A DNA stretch of 64,000 nt from an uncultured Actinomycetes bacterium (lineage in GTDB: Bacteria > Actinomycetota > Thermoleophilia > Gaiellales > Gaiellaceae), in assembly GCA_963796555.1 (NCBI GenBank), contig CAWCLZ010000006.1, positions 14,415 through 78,414 of the forward strand, read 5' to 3'. The position numbers and the translations under genes were made by a program. Below the pieces are notes generated by a model. The model had not been told where the DNA came from, did no database searches, and saw only the letters and a list, made by a program, of their open reading frames with translations. Within the stretch, counting starts at the first letter, position 1. Each line of letters opens with the position of its first letter. Positions 10,113-21,065 of the stretch are shown one piece after another.

Positions 10113-11024
10113 TCAGAAGCGGGAAAGCTCCTGCAAACGGCGCAATCTCCGATAGGCCGCAGCCTTCGACAGAGCGGGCTTGCAACGGCGCGCCAGCTCC
10201 GCGGTCGAGGCGGTGGGATGGCGGAGACGAAGGAGCGCGATCTCGTGCAGGTCGTCTGGGAGCGTGTCGACGTCGAGACGGTGCAGCGCCTCGAGCTGCG
10301 CGTGCGCCGCCCGGCCCGTGCGCACCAGGTTGGCGTGGTCGGCGTTCGCGAGCCGGTTGGCGTCGGCGCGGGTCGCGGCGAGCACGGCCTGTTCCTCGAG
10401 CGCGAGCACCAGGTCGACGGCCCCGGCCGCCACCAGGAGGTCAGCGATCGCCTCGGTTCCCTTGGCATAGGCAGTCGCGTGGGAGCTCCGCTCCTGGAGG
10501 TGAAGCTCGGCGCCGAGGCGGGTCACGATCGCGGCGAGGAAGCGCGCTCCGTCAGGTTCGGCGGTGCGGATCTCGAGGTGCGGGTCTCGTGGTCCGCTGA
10601 GCGTTCCCGAGCCGAGCAGAGCGCCGCGGAGGTAGGCGGCAGCGCAGCAGCGCCGGGAGACGACGCGGTTCGGCGGGCGGCCGAGCGGTCGGTGGGAGCG
10701 GTCGAGGACGCCGGCGCGATACAGCGTCGTGTGGGCGTCCTCCGAGCCCTCCACGTGGAGCTGGTAGCGGGTCGCCCGGTCGAAAGCTCGGCGCGGGTAG
10801 GTGCGGATCTCGGACCGCACGTCGCAGGCGCGCAGCAGCGCGAAGGCGCGGCGCGCGACGGTCGAGGTCGAGACGTCGAGGTGGACGTCGACGCTGCCGC
10901 GGCCGCGCAGATGCGCACGGCCGGCGACGTGGAAGAGACCGGAGAGCTCGGCGAGCCGGTCGCACTCGTTCGCCGGAGCGATCGCCGCGAGCTCCTCCCG
11001 CAGGTCGTCAGACAGCGTGGGCAT
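10113..11024 (-). CDS. whiA: DNA-binding sporulation/cell-division regulator WhiA
   Basis: MPTLSDDLREELAAI..., LAGLIDADG-like core and a C-terminal HTH (STAELARR). Classic position upstream of gap-pgk-tpiA. Confidence 0.88.
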   Translation of the reverse strand: MPTLSDDLREELAAIAPANECDRLAELSGLFHVAGRAHLRGRGSVDVHLDVSTSTVARRAFALLRACDVRSEIRTYPRRAFDRATRYQLHVEGSEDAHTTLYRAGVLDRSHRPLGRPPNRVVSRRCCAAAYLRGALLGSGTLSGPRDPHLEIRTAEPDGARFLAAIVTRLGAELHLQERSSHATAYAKGTEAIADLLVAAGAVDLVLALEEQAVLAATRADANRLANADHANLVRTGRAAHAQLEALHRLDVDTLPDDLHEIALLRLRHPTASTAELARRCKPALSKAAAYRRLRRLQELSRF

Positions 11025-11580
11025 AGCCCTCGAGCGCCAGCAGTCGCCGCTTGTACCCGGTGCCGTAGGAGCCGTACGGCCCGAGGCCGCCGACGGCGAC
11101 GACGCGGTGGCACGGGACGAAGATGGAGAGATGGCTGCGAGCGCAGAAGCTCCCTGCGGCCCGCGCCGCCCCGGGCGCGCCCGCCAGCGCTGCAAGCTCC
11201 CCGTACGTCACGACCTCGCCGCGAGGGACGGTGCGGAGCGCGGTCGCGCAACGCGCGTGGAAGTCGGTCTCGTACTCGAGATCAACCGGCACCTCCTCGA
11301 GCGGCACGGGCTCGCCGGCGAAGTACGCCTGCAGCAGCTGCACGACTTCGTCGACGAAGCCTCGATCTCCGCGTGACGTGTTCTCTGGTACAGCGGTGAC
11401 AGCCCCTTGCCCCGGGTGGGTGGGGGTTTGGGACGGGTCCACCGATGCGCCCACGCCGCCTGATTCCGGCCGCGACGCACGCGGCCACGGCAGGTCGTGC
11501 CAGACGACGCGCCCGCCCGAGAGCACGAGCTCGCCGACGCCCCAGCCCTCAGCCTCGTAGGCCACCTGCGTCACCACCAT
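11008..11580 (-). CDS. ogt: Methylated-DNA--protein-cysteine methyltransferase (Ogt/MGMT) with expanded inter-domain linker
   Basis: C-terminal 190 codons of the 932-aa shadow ORF. PCHRVV active site, YGELA and GAPGAARA motifs. ATG at 11580. Overlaps the whiA start by 17 nt. Confidence 0.85.
   Translation of the reverse strand: MVVTQVAYEAEGWGVGELVLSGGRVVWHDLPWPRASRPESGGVGASVDPSQTPTHPGQGAVTAVPENTSRGDRGFVDEVVQLLQAYFAGEPVPLEEVPVDLEYETDFHARCATALRTVPRGEVVTYGELAALAGAPGAARAAGSFCARSHLSIFVPCHRVVAVGGLGPYGSYGTGYKRRLLALEGYAHAV
11410..11433 (+). repeat. G-rich 24-mer CCCCGGGTGGGTGGGGGTTTGGGA (copy 1, inside the ogt linker)
   Basis: 23/24 identical to 30083-30106 on the same strand. Four G-tracts with 1-3 nt loops. 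Confidence 0.8.
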
Positions 11581-11588
11581 GACCACGA

Positions 11589-11594
11589 ATCCTA
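11589..11594 (-). promoter_or_regulatory. Candidate -10 hexamer TAGGAT for leaderless ogt
   Basis: Minus strand reads CCCCTCCCTAGGAT-N8-ATG and mirrors the pruA upstream sequence. Confidence 0.4.
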
Positions 11595-11792
11595 GGGAGG
11601 GGCGGCGGAGCAGTGACTGTGCTGCAGGGCCGCGCTGAGCGCGCCGCGACTCCTCGCTTCGCTCGTCGGCCGGCTGTGCCGGCTGCGGCGTCCTCGGTCG
11701 CGCCGATAGGACACCGCCATCGGCGCTCCGTGCGTCCTTGCCTCGCGACGCCCATCGCACCCTGCGACGAGCACCGCCCCACCACCCCTCCC

Positions 11793-11798
11793 TAGAAT
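11793..11798 (+). promoter_or_regulatory. Candidate -10 hexamer TAGAAT for leaderless pruA
   Basis: CCCCTCCCTAGAAT-N7-GTG(11806), no SD. Confidence 0.45.
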
Positions 11799-11805
11799 CG
11801 TCACA

Positions 11806-13454
<1,649 letters not shown>

Positions 13455-13458
<4 letters not shown>

Positions 13459-13838
13459 CGCATGTCGAAGACGGCGCTGCCCAGCAACCGACTTCGATTC
13501 CCGCCCGAAGCAACCCGCGCCTGCACGATCCACTTCCCGCGCGTCAACGTGACGTAGCCGGACTCGGACCAGTCGTGGCGCCGCATCCGCGCGGGATAGA
13601 GCGGCAGATAACCCGCTCCCCCCGCGGCGAGGCCGGACTTCGCGACCTCCCGCTCGGACATACCGTCCCGACCACCGTCTGCCATGAAGAAGCCAAACCG
13701 GAGGGGTGTGCCGTCCGCGCAACGCGTGCCGAACAGCCGGATTCGGTTCCTGTGGGCTCCTGCAGACGGTTCGATCCTCACCTTCGTAGGGCGGCCCGCC
13801 TTGCACGACGGGACATCGAGCCAGATCAGGTGACCCAC
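13455..13838 (-). CDS. Hypothetical protein, probably the body of a frameshifted lipoprotein gene
   Basis: 127-aa ORF with high GC3 but no signal peptide of its own. The upstream short ORF in another frame supplies one. Confidence 0.45.
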
Positions 13839-14005
13839 GCGCTGCGCATGGGCGAGACGACCGGTTGAAGTCTAAGGCGTGGGGCGCCGCATACGACCGA
13901 GCGCTTCGTCAGTGGCACCGGCGGCAACTTGAACGACGCAGGCGACGCAGACCCGCAAGCCGCAGTGGTCAGAACGAGGATGGCGAGAGGGACTCCTCGC
14001 TTCAT
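13826..14005 (-). CDS. 59-codon ORF encoding a lipoprotein-like signal peptide (MKRGVPLAILVLTTAACGS...)
   Basis: ATG 10 nt downstream of the uvrC stop. Below the 60-aa ORF-track cutoff. Ends at a TGA overlapping the GTG of the 13455-13838 ORF. Confidence 0.4.
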   Translation of the reverse strand: MKRGVPLAILVLTTAACGSASPASFKLPPVPLTKRSVVCGAPRLRLQPVVSPMRSAWVT

Positions 14006-14015
14006 GGCCGGATTG

Positions 14016-15902
14016 CTACGCGCGGGCAGCGCCGCCGCCGGCTTTGTGCAGCTGGGCGTAGACGCTGCGCGCGACCTTCGCGGGCACGCCGGGGACGCCC
14101 TCGAGCTCCTCGGGCGCCGCCGCGAGCATCGCGTCGACCGAGCCGAAGTGGTTGAGGAGCGCCCGCCGCCGCGCCGGGCCGACGCCCTCGAGCTCGTCGA
14201 AGAGGGACCCGAAGCCGCGCGACTCCCGCCGCTGCCGGTGGAAGCCGACGGCGAAACGGTGCGCCTCGTCGCGAATCCGCTGCAGGAGCTGGAGCCCCGG
14301 ATCGTGGCGTGAGAGGACGACCGCCCGCGACCGCCCGGGCACGAAGACCTCCTCCTCGCGCTTCGCGAGCGCGATCACGGCGACGCGCGGCAGGTCGAAC
14401 GCCCGCATCGCCGCGAGCGCCGCGGCGAGCTGGCCCTTGCCGCCGTCGACCACGACGAGGTTCGGCGTCGCCGCGAACGACTCGTCGTACCCCTCGGCGG
14501 TGACTCCGTTCGCGAGCCGCGCGAACCGTCGCGAGACCATCTCCCCCATCGCGGCGAAGTCGTCCATCCCCTCCTGGCCGCGGATCGTGAACTTGCGGTA
14601 GTGCGCCTTCTTCGGCAGGCCGTCCTGGAAGACGACCAGCGAGCCGACGTTGTCCTGCCCCATCGCGGTCGAGATGTCGAAGCACTCGATGCGGAGCGGC
14701 AGCGATTCGAGGTTGAGCGTCTCGCGCAGCTGCTCGAGCGCCTCAACGCGGCGGAGCCGGCGCTGCTCGCCCTGCGCGAGGTCGCTCGTCAGCACGTGGA
14801 GCGCGTTCTCGTCGGCGAGGCGCTGCAGGCGGCGCTTCTCGCCGCGCTCTGCCGTCCGGATCTCGACCCGCGCCCCGCGCCGCTCGCCCAGGAGCTCGGC
14901 GAGCGCCGAGAGGTCTCCGGCATCGCTCGGCACGACGATCTGCGGCGGCACGCTCGGCGCGCTCCCGTAGTACTCGAGGCCGAACGACTCGAGGATCGTC
15001 GTCACGTCCTGCCCGCCGACGTTCTCGAGATGGAACGAGTGGCGGTCGACCATCTTGCCGCCGCGGAGCGGGAAGACCTGGACGACGGCACGGTCACCCT
15101 CGGCCGCGAAGCCGACCACGTCGACGGTGCCGACCGACTGCCGTTCGACCGCCTGCCGCTCGACGAGGTGCTGCACGGAGAAGAGCCGGTTGCGATAGCG
15201 CGCCGCGTCCTCGAAGCGCTCGTCCGCCGCCGCCTCCTGCATCCGCCGCTCGAGCTCGCGCTGGATCGGCTTCACGTCGCCGGAGAGGAACTCGATCACG
15301 CCGTCGACGATGCCGCGGTAGTCCTCTTCCGACACGTACCCCACGCAGGGCGCGAGACAGCGGTCGATGTGGTAGTCGAGGCACGGGATGCCGCTGTGCC
15401 GCCCGGGCTTCGGCCCCTCACACGGCCGGTAGCGGAAGACGCGGTTGAGGACGTCGAGCGTCTCGCGCACCTTCTTCGCGTTCGCGTACGGGCCGAAGTA
15501 CCAGACGCCGGGCCGGTGCCGCTCGCGGGTGAACATCACGCGCGGATACTCGTCCTCGACGGTGACGGCGATGTACGGGAACGACTTGTCGTCGCGCAGG
15601 CGGACGTTGAACGGCGGCCGGTGGCGCTTGACGAGGTTCTGCTCGAGATGGAGCGCCTCGACCTCGGTGCCCGTGACGATCACCTCGACGTCCGCGACGC
15701 GGCCGGGCAAGCTCTGAATCTGCGGGCGGCCGTCCGTCGTCCGCTGGAAATAGGAGCGGACGCGCGGGCGCAGCGACTTCGCCTTGCCCACGTAGAGCAC
15801 CTCGCCGTCCTCGTCGCGGAACAGGTAGACACCCGGCTTCGCCGGAAGCGACTTCAACTGGTTTTCGACCCGGGCGGCCACGACGGCCACCGTAGCCACC
15901 AC
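14016..15902 (-). CDS. uvrC: Excinuclease ABC subunit C
   Basis: GIY-YIG N-terminus (PGVYLFRDEDGEVLYVGKAKSLRPRV), UVR domain, RNase H-like endonuclease domain and a C-terminal (HhH)2. Confidence 0.92.
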   Translation of the reverse strand: MVATVAVVAARVENQLKSLPAKPGVYLFRDEDGEVLYVGKAKSLRPRVRSYFQRTTDGRPQIQSLPGRVADVEVIVTGTEVEALHLEQNLVKRHRPPFNVRLRDDKSFPYIAVTVEDEYPRVMFTRERHRPGVWYFGPYANAKKVRETLDVLNRVFRYRPCEGPKPGRHSGIPCLDYHIDRCLAPCVGYVSEEDYRGIVDGVIEFLSGDVKPIQRELERRMQEAAADERFEDAARYRNRLFSVQHLVERQAVERQSVGTVDVVGFAAEGDRAVVQVFPLRGGKMVDRHSFHLENVGGQDVTTILESFGLEYYGSAPSVPPQIVVPSDAGDLSALAELLGERRGARVEIRTAERGEKRRLQRLADENALHVLTSDLAQGEQRRLRRVEALEQLRETLNLESLPLRIECFDISTAMGQDNVGSLVVFQDGLPKKAHYRKFTIRGQEGMDDFAAMGEMVSRRFARLANGVTAEGYDESFAATPNLVVVDGGKGQLAAALAAMRAFDLPRVAVIALAKREEEVFVPGRSRAVVLSRHDPGLQLLQRIRDEAHRFAVGFHRQRRESRGFGSLFDELEGVGPARRRALLNHFGSVDAMLAAAPEELEGVPGVPAKVARSVYAQLHKAGGGAARA

Positions 15903-15970
15903 GGTCGCCGGAGGCGGGCGGGTCTTCCGGCCGGGCGTCGTCGGCTTTGTCGACGGCGCTTCCAGCCTTT

Positions 15971-17203
15971 CTAGACCGCTGCGATCACAGGCTCGGGCTC
16001 GGCCTCGACGACGAGCCGGCCGTCCTGGTAGACGCGTTCGATGCGCCCCGCGAGGTCACCGAAGTCGAACGGGTCGCCCGCGACGACGACGAGGTCGGCG
16101 CGCTTCCCGGGCTCGATCGTCCCGAGCTCGCTCTCGAGGCCCATCAGCTCGGCGGCGCTCCGCGTCGTGGCAACGAGCACGTCCTCCGGGCTCATGCCCT
16201 GGTCGGCCATCAGCTGCAGCTCCTCGAGGTTCGTGCCGTGCGGGACGACCCCGGCGTCGGTGCCCATCGCAACCTTGACGCCGGCCGCGACGGCGCGCCG
16301 GAAGGAGTCCTGGTGCGCCTCGATCACTTCGCGCGACTTGGTCACGGCCACCTCGGGGATCGACGCGCCTGCCTCGGCGGCCTTGATCACGCCGTGCGGC
16401 GCGACGAGCGTCGGCACCAGATACGCGCCGCGGTCGAGCATGAGCTGGATCGCCTCGTCGTCGAGGTAGATGCCGTGCTCGATCGAGCGCACGCCGGCGC
16501 GAACCGCGTTCTTGATCCCCACGATCGACTGCGCGTGCGACATGACCCAGAGCCCCGCGGCCGCGGCCTCCGCACAGATCGCTTCGATCTCCTCGACGTC
16601 GAAGCCGGGCTGCTGCGGCTTGTCGCGCGGCGAGAGGACGCCGCCGGAGGTCGCGATCTTGATCACGTCGGCGCCGGCGCGCACGAGCTCGCGCACCCGC
16701 CGCCGGGCCTCGTCGGGCCCGTCGACGATCGACCCCGGCACGCCGGGATACGCCGGGAACGGCTCGGCCAGGGCGCCCGAGGGAAGCCACCCGTCGCCGT
16801 GACCGCCGGTCTGGCTCAGCATGGTGATCGAGATCTGGATGCGCGGCCCGGCGATGATCCCCTCCTGGAGCGCCGTCTTCACGCCGAGGTCGGCACCGCC
16901 TGCGTCGCGGACGGTCGTGATGCCGAGGCGCAGCGTCGCGTCGAGGTTCCGGATCGCGTCGTAGAAGCGGTACGAGAACGGCTCCTGCATCATCCGCCAG
17001 AAGTCGACGTGGCCGAACATCACGTGCACGTGCGTGTCGAAGAGGCCCGGCAGGAGCGTCGAGCCGCCGACGTCGACCTGGTCGTCGCCGTCGAGCCCGA
17101 CGCCGACCTCGACGATCTGCCCGTCGACCACCGCCACGTCGGCCTCCGCGACCGCCGCGCCGGTTCCGTCGAACACCCGTCCGCCGGCGAATACCGTCCT
17201 CAC
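15971..17203 (-). CDS. Amidohydrolase family metal-dependent hydrolase
   Basis: LLPGLFDTHVHV metal-binding motif and a C-terminal ADLVVV motif. GTG 17203 is preceded by AAGGGAG. The listed ATG 17266 would abut hemQ. Confidence 0.8.
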   Translation of the reverse strand: MRTVFAGGRVFDGTGAAVAEADVAVVDGQIVEVGVGLDGDDQVDVGGSTLLPGLFDTHVHVMFGHVDFWRMMQEPFSYRFYDAIRNLDATLRLGITTVRDAGGADLGVKTALQEGIIAGPRIQISITMLSQTGGHGDGWLPSGALAEPFPAYPGVPGSIVDGPDEARRRVRELVRAGADVIKIATSGGVLSPRDKPQQPGFDVEEIEAICAEAAAAGLWVMSHAQSIVGIKNAVRAGVRSIEHGIYLDDEAIQLMLDRGAYLVPTLVAPHGVIKAAEAGASIPEVAVTKSREVIEAHQDSFRRAVAAGVKVAMGTDAGVVPHGTNLEELQLMADQGMSPEDVLVATTRSAAELMGLESELGTIEPGKRADLVVVAGDPFDFGDLAGRIERVYQDGRLVVEAEPEPVIAAV

Positions 17204-17254
17204 CTGGGCTCCCTTCGCTCGCTCCTGCAGGAGAGCCAAGCCTATCCGCGCGGC

Positions 17255-17260
17255 TAGCAT
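17255..17260 (+). promoter_or_regulatory. Candidate -10 hexamer TAGCAT for leaderless hemQ
   Basis: TAGCAT-N7-GTG(17268), no SD. Confidence 0.4.
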
Positions 17261-17267
17261 TCGCACC

Positions 17268-17960
17268 GTGGAGGGTCAGTACGTCGCGTACACGTTCTCG
17301 CGGGTCGATCCCGCCTGGCGGCGGCTCCCCGTCGAGGAGCGCCAGACGCACAAGGACGAGTTCGCCGAGGTGGTGGAATCGTTCGCCGACCGGTTCGAGC
17401 ACCTGCGCGCGTACACGACGACGGGCGTCCGCCCGGACTCCGACTTCTTCCTCTGGAAGATCGCGGAGCGCTACGACTCGCTCGAGGAGCTCGGCACCGC
17501 GCTGAACGGGACGGCGCTCGCCGGCTGGCTCGAGACGCCGTACTCGTACCTCGCCACGACGAAGGCGTCGCAGTACACGAGCGCCCGCAAGGCGCGGAAG
17601 ATCACGCCGCACGGGCTCCCCTACCTCGTCGTCTACCCGTTCGTGAAGGTGCGGCCCTGGTACGCACTGCCCGAGGCCGACCGGCAGCGGGCGATGGAGG
17701 AGCACATCCGGATCGGCCGCGAGGAGTTCCCGGGGATCAAGAACCACACGACGTACTCGTTCGGGATCGACGACCAGGAGTTCATGACCGCGTTCGAGTG
17801 CGAGGAGCCGGCCGACTTCATGCACCTCATGCTGCGCCTGCGCGACAGTGAGGCGTCCCGCTACACGGAGCGCGACACGCCGATCTTCGTCGGCCGCTAC
17901 GTGCAGATCCGCGAGGTGCTCGCCGCGCTCGACGGCGCCTCGGCCCGCGTCGAGGCCTAG
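17268..17960 (+). CDS. hemQ: Coproheme decarboxylase / chlorite dismutase family protein (HemQ)
   Basis: VEGQYVAYTFSRVDPAWRRLP..., YLVVYPFVKVRPWY and FGIDDQEFMTAFE are typical of actinobacterial HemQ. Confidence 0.85.
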   Translation: MEGQYVAYTFSRVDPAWRRLPVEERQTHKDEFAEVVESFADRFEHLRAYTTTGVRPDSDFFLWKIAERYDSLEELGTALNGTALAGWLETPYSYLATTKASQYTSARKARKITPHGLPYLVVYPFVKVRPWYALPEADRQRAMEEHIRIGREEFPGIKNHTTYSFGIDDQEFMTAFECEEPADFMHLMLRLRDSEASRYTERDTPIFVGRYVQIREVLAALDGASARVEA

Positions 17961-17965
17961 CTCCC

Positions 17966-18340
17966 CTAGACGTACGTGTGCTGGTCGCGCCACGTCCGCC
18001 ACATTGCGAAACCGCAGAGCACGAGGATCGCGACAAACGCGAAGACCTCGTAGCCGACGGCGCCGCCGTACCAGTAGACGCCGACATCGGCGACGGCCAC
18101 GATCGCCGCGCCGTAGAAGACCCACTGCGCACGCGGCGGCCACAGCGAGATCCCCTCCCGCCGCTCACGCCACATCAGGAAGATGAAATAGGCGATCGCG
18201 AGGATGAAGGCGACGCGCGCGATGATGCCGAGCGCGATCAGCGTCTTCTCGAGGTGAAGCACGACGACCACCGCGGCGACCGCCGCGAGGATCAGCATGC
18301 CGCGCAGGAACGGGTTGAGGCGGGAGAAGAACCGGCTCAT
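17966..18340 (-). CDS. Small 4-TM membrane protein, last gene of the ccm operon
   Basis: Starts MSRFFSRLNPFLRG. ATGA overlap with the upstream ORF. Confidence 0.6.
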   Translation of the reverse strand: MSRFFSRLNPFLRGMLILAAVAAVVVVLHLEKTLIALGIIARVAFILAIAYFIFLMWRERREGISLWPPRAQWVFYGAAIVAVADVGVYWYGGAVGYEVFAFVAILVLCGFAMWRTWRDQHTYV

Positions 18341-18693
18341 GTGGCAGTCATGTACGCCCGCACCGCGAGCGCTCCTGCCACCAGGGTGGCTCCGGTGAAC
18401 CAGAGGAGACGGCCGCGACGCTCGGTCGGCGCGTACATCCACGGCGCGAGCACGGCGAGCAGCGCGAGCGTCCCGTACAGGTAGTGGAGCTTGTCGGCCG
18501 CCCGATGGTGGCTCGACAGGAGCAGGAGGCCGAGCCCGACCTGGGCGACGAGCAGCGTCTGGGCGAGCGCCAGCAGGTGCGTGAGGAGCCCGTGCGCCTC
18601 CCGGCGGCGGTAGTACGTCCAGGCTCCGACGGCCGCCGCCCCGAACGTCACGGCCAGGACTGCGAACGCGACCGCGTGGTGGACGCCGACCAT
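18337..18693 (-). CDS. His-rich 4-TM membrane protein in the ccm operon
   Basis: 118 aa with four predicted helices. His residues at HH(5-6), H34, H39, HH(62-63) and H70. Confidence 0.6.
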   Translation of the reverse strand: MVGVHHAVAFAVLAVTFGAAAVGAWTYYRRREAHGLLTHLLALAQTLLVAQVGLGLLLLSSHHRAADKLHYLYGTLALLAVLAPWMYAPTERRGRLLWFTGATLVAGALAVRAYMTAT

Positions 18694-18752
18694 GGCCCGG
18701 CGGAGCCTAGCGGCGGCGTCGACCGGCGCCGGGAGTGAGCGCCTCGTCGCAC

Positions 18753-19091
18753 CTAGCGCACGTGCTGTCCCCGATCGGCGAGGCGCTCATGCGGAGCTTG
18801 TTCCCGCTGTTCCAGCGCTCGTAACAGCTGCGCGGCCCGCCTGCGCAGCGGCCCGACCTGCGCCCGGTAGTCCTCGTCAGAGACCTTGCCCGTCCGGTGG
18901 TCGAACTCGAGCTCCTTCAGGGCCGAGAGCGCGTGGTCTCGCTCCTCCGCGAGCGCGAGCCGCTGCCGGGCCTCGGGCGCGAGCTCGTCGAGCCGGTCGC
19001 TGGCGGGAGACGGGTCGCGCAGGAACGGGCGTGCGACGAAGACGACGGCGACGACCGCGAGCATCGCCGCCACGGCGAGCGCCCACTGCAC
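18753..19091 (-). CDS. Single-TM protein with coiled-coil tail (CcmI-like N-terminal module?)
   Basis: GTG 2 nt after the ccmF stop. VQWALAVAAMLAVVAVVFVARPFL followed by LKELEFDHRTGKVSDEDYR. It is the tail of a long shadow ORF in the track. Confidence 0.45.
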   Translation of the reverse strand: MQWALAVAAMLAVVAVVFVARPFLRDPSPASDRLDELAPEARQRLALAEERDHALSALKELEFDHRTGKVSDEDYRAQVGPLRRRAAQLLRALEQREQAPHERLADRGQHVR

Positions 19092-19093
19092 GG

Positions 19094-21052
19094 CTAGATC
19101 CCGGCCGGCGCGGCGCCGGCCGCGTAGCGCGCCGCGAGCCGACGCTGTTCGACTGCGTCCGGCCACATCGCGATCAGCGCGCCCGCGACGAAGACGAAGC
19201 CTGCAACCCAGATCAGGTTGATGAGCGGCTTCACGAGGACCTGGAGGTCGATGTTGGTCGTACCCTTCACGAGCGCGGCCTTGGTGAAGACGTCGCCGAG
19301 CGACCGCGGGTCGTGGTAGATCGAGGCCTCGTTCGTGAACCCCTCGATGAAGTAGTGGTTGACCCCCGGCTGGAGCTGGAAGTGCTCGCCGTGACCGGAC
19401 ACGGCGACGAGAGCCCGATAGCCGTTGTAGTCCGGGCCTTTCACGCCTCTGAGGCCCGTGTACGTGAGCGTGTAGCCCGCGGCCACGATGTGCTGCCCGG
19501 GCCGCAGGATCTGCTCCCGCTCGGTCTGGTAGGCGCTCGAGCCGGCGATGCCGATCGCGAGCAGGACGATCGCGGCGTGCACGATGTAGCCGCCGTACCG
19601 CCGCCGGTTGCGCGCGATCAGCTTGAAGACGGATCCCGTCGCCCGCCGGCCGCGCACGAACTCGAGCACGATCGACGCGGCGACGAACGCGCAGAACGTG
19701 TACGCGAGCAGGCCGGGCCACGAGCTCCCGAAGCCGAGCAGGAGCAGCACCACGCCGGTGATCGTCGCGGCGGCGAACGGGATGATGAACGTCTTCCCGA
19801 GCGAGCGGAGCGACGCCCGCCGCCACGCCACGAGCGGCCCGATCCCCATCAGCAGCAGCAGCGGCAGGCCGAACGTGTGCAGGAAGAAGTCGTAGTACGG
19901 CTTCGAGACCGAGCGCGTCTCGCCGCGCACCGCCTCGGACAGGATCGGGTAGAGCACCCCCCAGAGGATCGTCAGGCAGAGCGCGACGAGCAGCAAGTTG
20001 TTGTAGAGGAACGTCGCCTCGCGCGAGACGAGCGACTCGAGCTTCGTCTTGGTGCGCAGCAGCGGCAGCCGCCAGTAGATGAGCGCGACCGAGAGGACGA
20101 CCATCAACACGAGGAAGCCGAGGAACCAGCCGCCGATCGAGCTCTTCGTGAACGAATGGATCGAGTCGATCACGCCCGAGCGCGTGAGGAACGTGCCGAA
20201 CAGCGACAGGTTGAACGCGAGGGCGACGAGGATCATGTTCCAGACCTTCAACATCCCTCGCTTCTCCTGGATCATCACCGAGTGCAGGAACGCGGTCGCC
20301 GCGAGCCACGGCATCAGCGCGGCGTTCTCGACCGGATCCCAGGCGTAGTAGCCGCCCCAGCCGATCTCGACGTACGCCCAATGGGAGCCGATCAGCTGGC
20401 CGACGCCGAGGAACATCCAGGCGGCGAGCGTCCAGCGGCGCGTGGCGATGATCCAGCGCTCGTCCGTCCGGCCGGACAAAAGCGCCCCCATGGCGAAGGC
20501 GAACGGGACGGTGAGCCCGACGTAGCCGAGGTAGAGCAGCGGCGGATGGGCGAGCATGTACGGGTTCTGCAGGCTCGGCACCATCCCGTCGCCGTCCGAA
20601 GGCGCCGGCTGGACGTTGAACGGGCTCGAGACGAAGCAGAGCATGAAGGCGAAGAAGACGGCCACGAGCCCGAACACGGGCACGGTCCAGGCGATCAGCT
20701 CGCGCGAGCGACGGTTGAGCCAGACCGCGAGCCCCGCATAGCCCGTGAGCACGAGCAGCCAGAGCAGCAGCGAGCCCTCCTGGCCGCCCCAGAAGGCCGA
20801 GAGCGCGTAACCGAGCGGCAGCTTGTGGCTCGTGTGCTCCGAGACGTAGACGAAGCTCATGTCGCGGCGTCCGAGCGCGACGAACAGCACGATCGCCGCC
20901 ACGAGCGTCACCGGGAACGCGATCAGGAGCGCGTTCTGCGCCGAGTGCGCGAGCCGCCGTCGCTTCTTCCACGCGGCGTACGAGCCGGCGACCAGCGCGT
21001 AGAGCACGAGGCCGAAGGCGAGGAGGAGCGCGGCGCGCCCGAGCGGGGCCAT
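19094..21052 (-). CDS. ccmF: Cytochrome c-type biogenesis heme lyase CcmF
   Basis: 652-aa polytopic protein with WGGYYAWDPVEN (WWD motif) and a CcmF-like N-terminus. Confidence 0.9.
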   Translation of the reverse strand: MAPLGRAALLLAFGLVLYALVAGSYAAWKKRRRLAHSAQNALLIAFPVTLVAAIVLFVALGRRDMSFVYVSEHTSHKLPLGYALSAFWGGQEGSLLLWLLVLTGYAGLAVWLNRRSRELIAWTVPVFGLVAVFFAFMLCFVSSPFNVQPAPSDGDGMVPSLQNPYMLAHPPLLYLGYVGLTVPFAFAMGALLSGRTDERWIIATRRWTLAAWMFLGVGQLIGSHWAYVEIGWGGYYAWDPVENAALMPWLAATAFLHSVMIQEKRGMLKVWNMILVALAFNLSLFGTFLTRSGVIDSIHSFTKSSIGGWFLGFLVLMVVLSVALIYWRLPLLRTKTKLESLVSREATFLYNNLLLVALCLTILWGVLYPILSEAVRGETRSVSKPYYDFFLHTFGLPLLLLMGIGPLVAWRRASLRSLGKTFIIPFAAATITGVVLLLLGFGSSWPGLLAYTFCAFVAASIVLEFVRGRRATGSVFKLIARNRRRYGGYIVHAAIVLLAIGIAGSSAYQTEREQILRPGQHIVAAGYTLTYTGLRGVKGPDYNGYRALVAVSGHGEHFQLQPGVNHYFIEGFTNEASIYHDPRSLGDVFTKAALVKGTTNIDLQVLVKPLINLIWVAGFVFVAGALIAMWPDAVEQRRLAARYAAGAAPAGI

Positions 21053-21065
21053 CAGCGGCCGGCCA

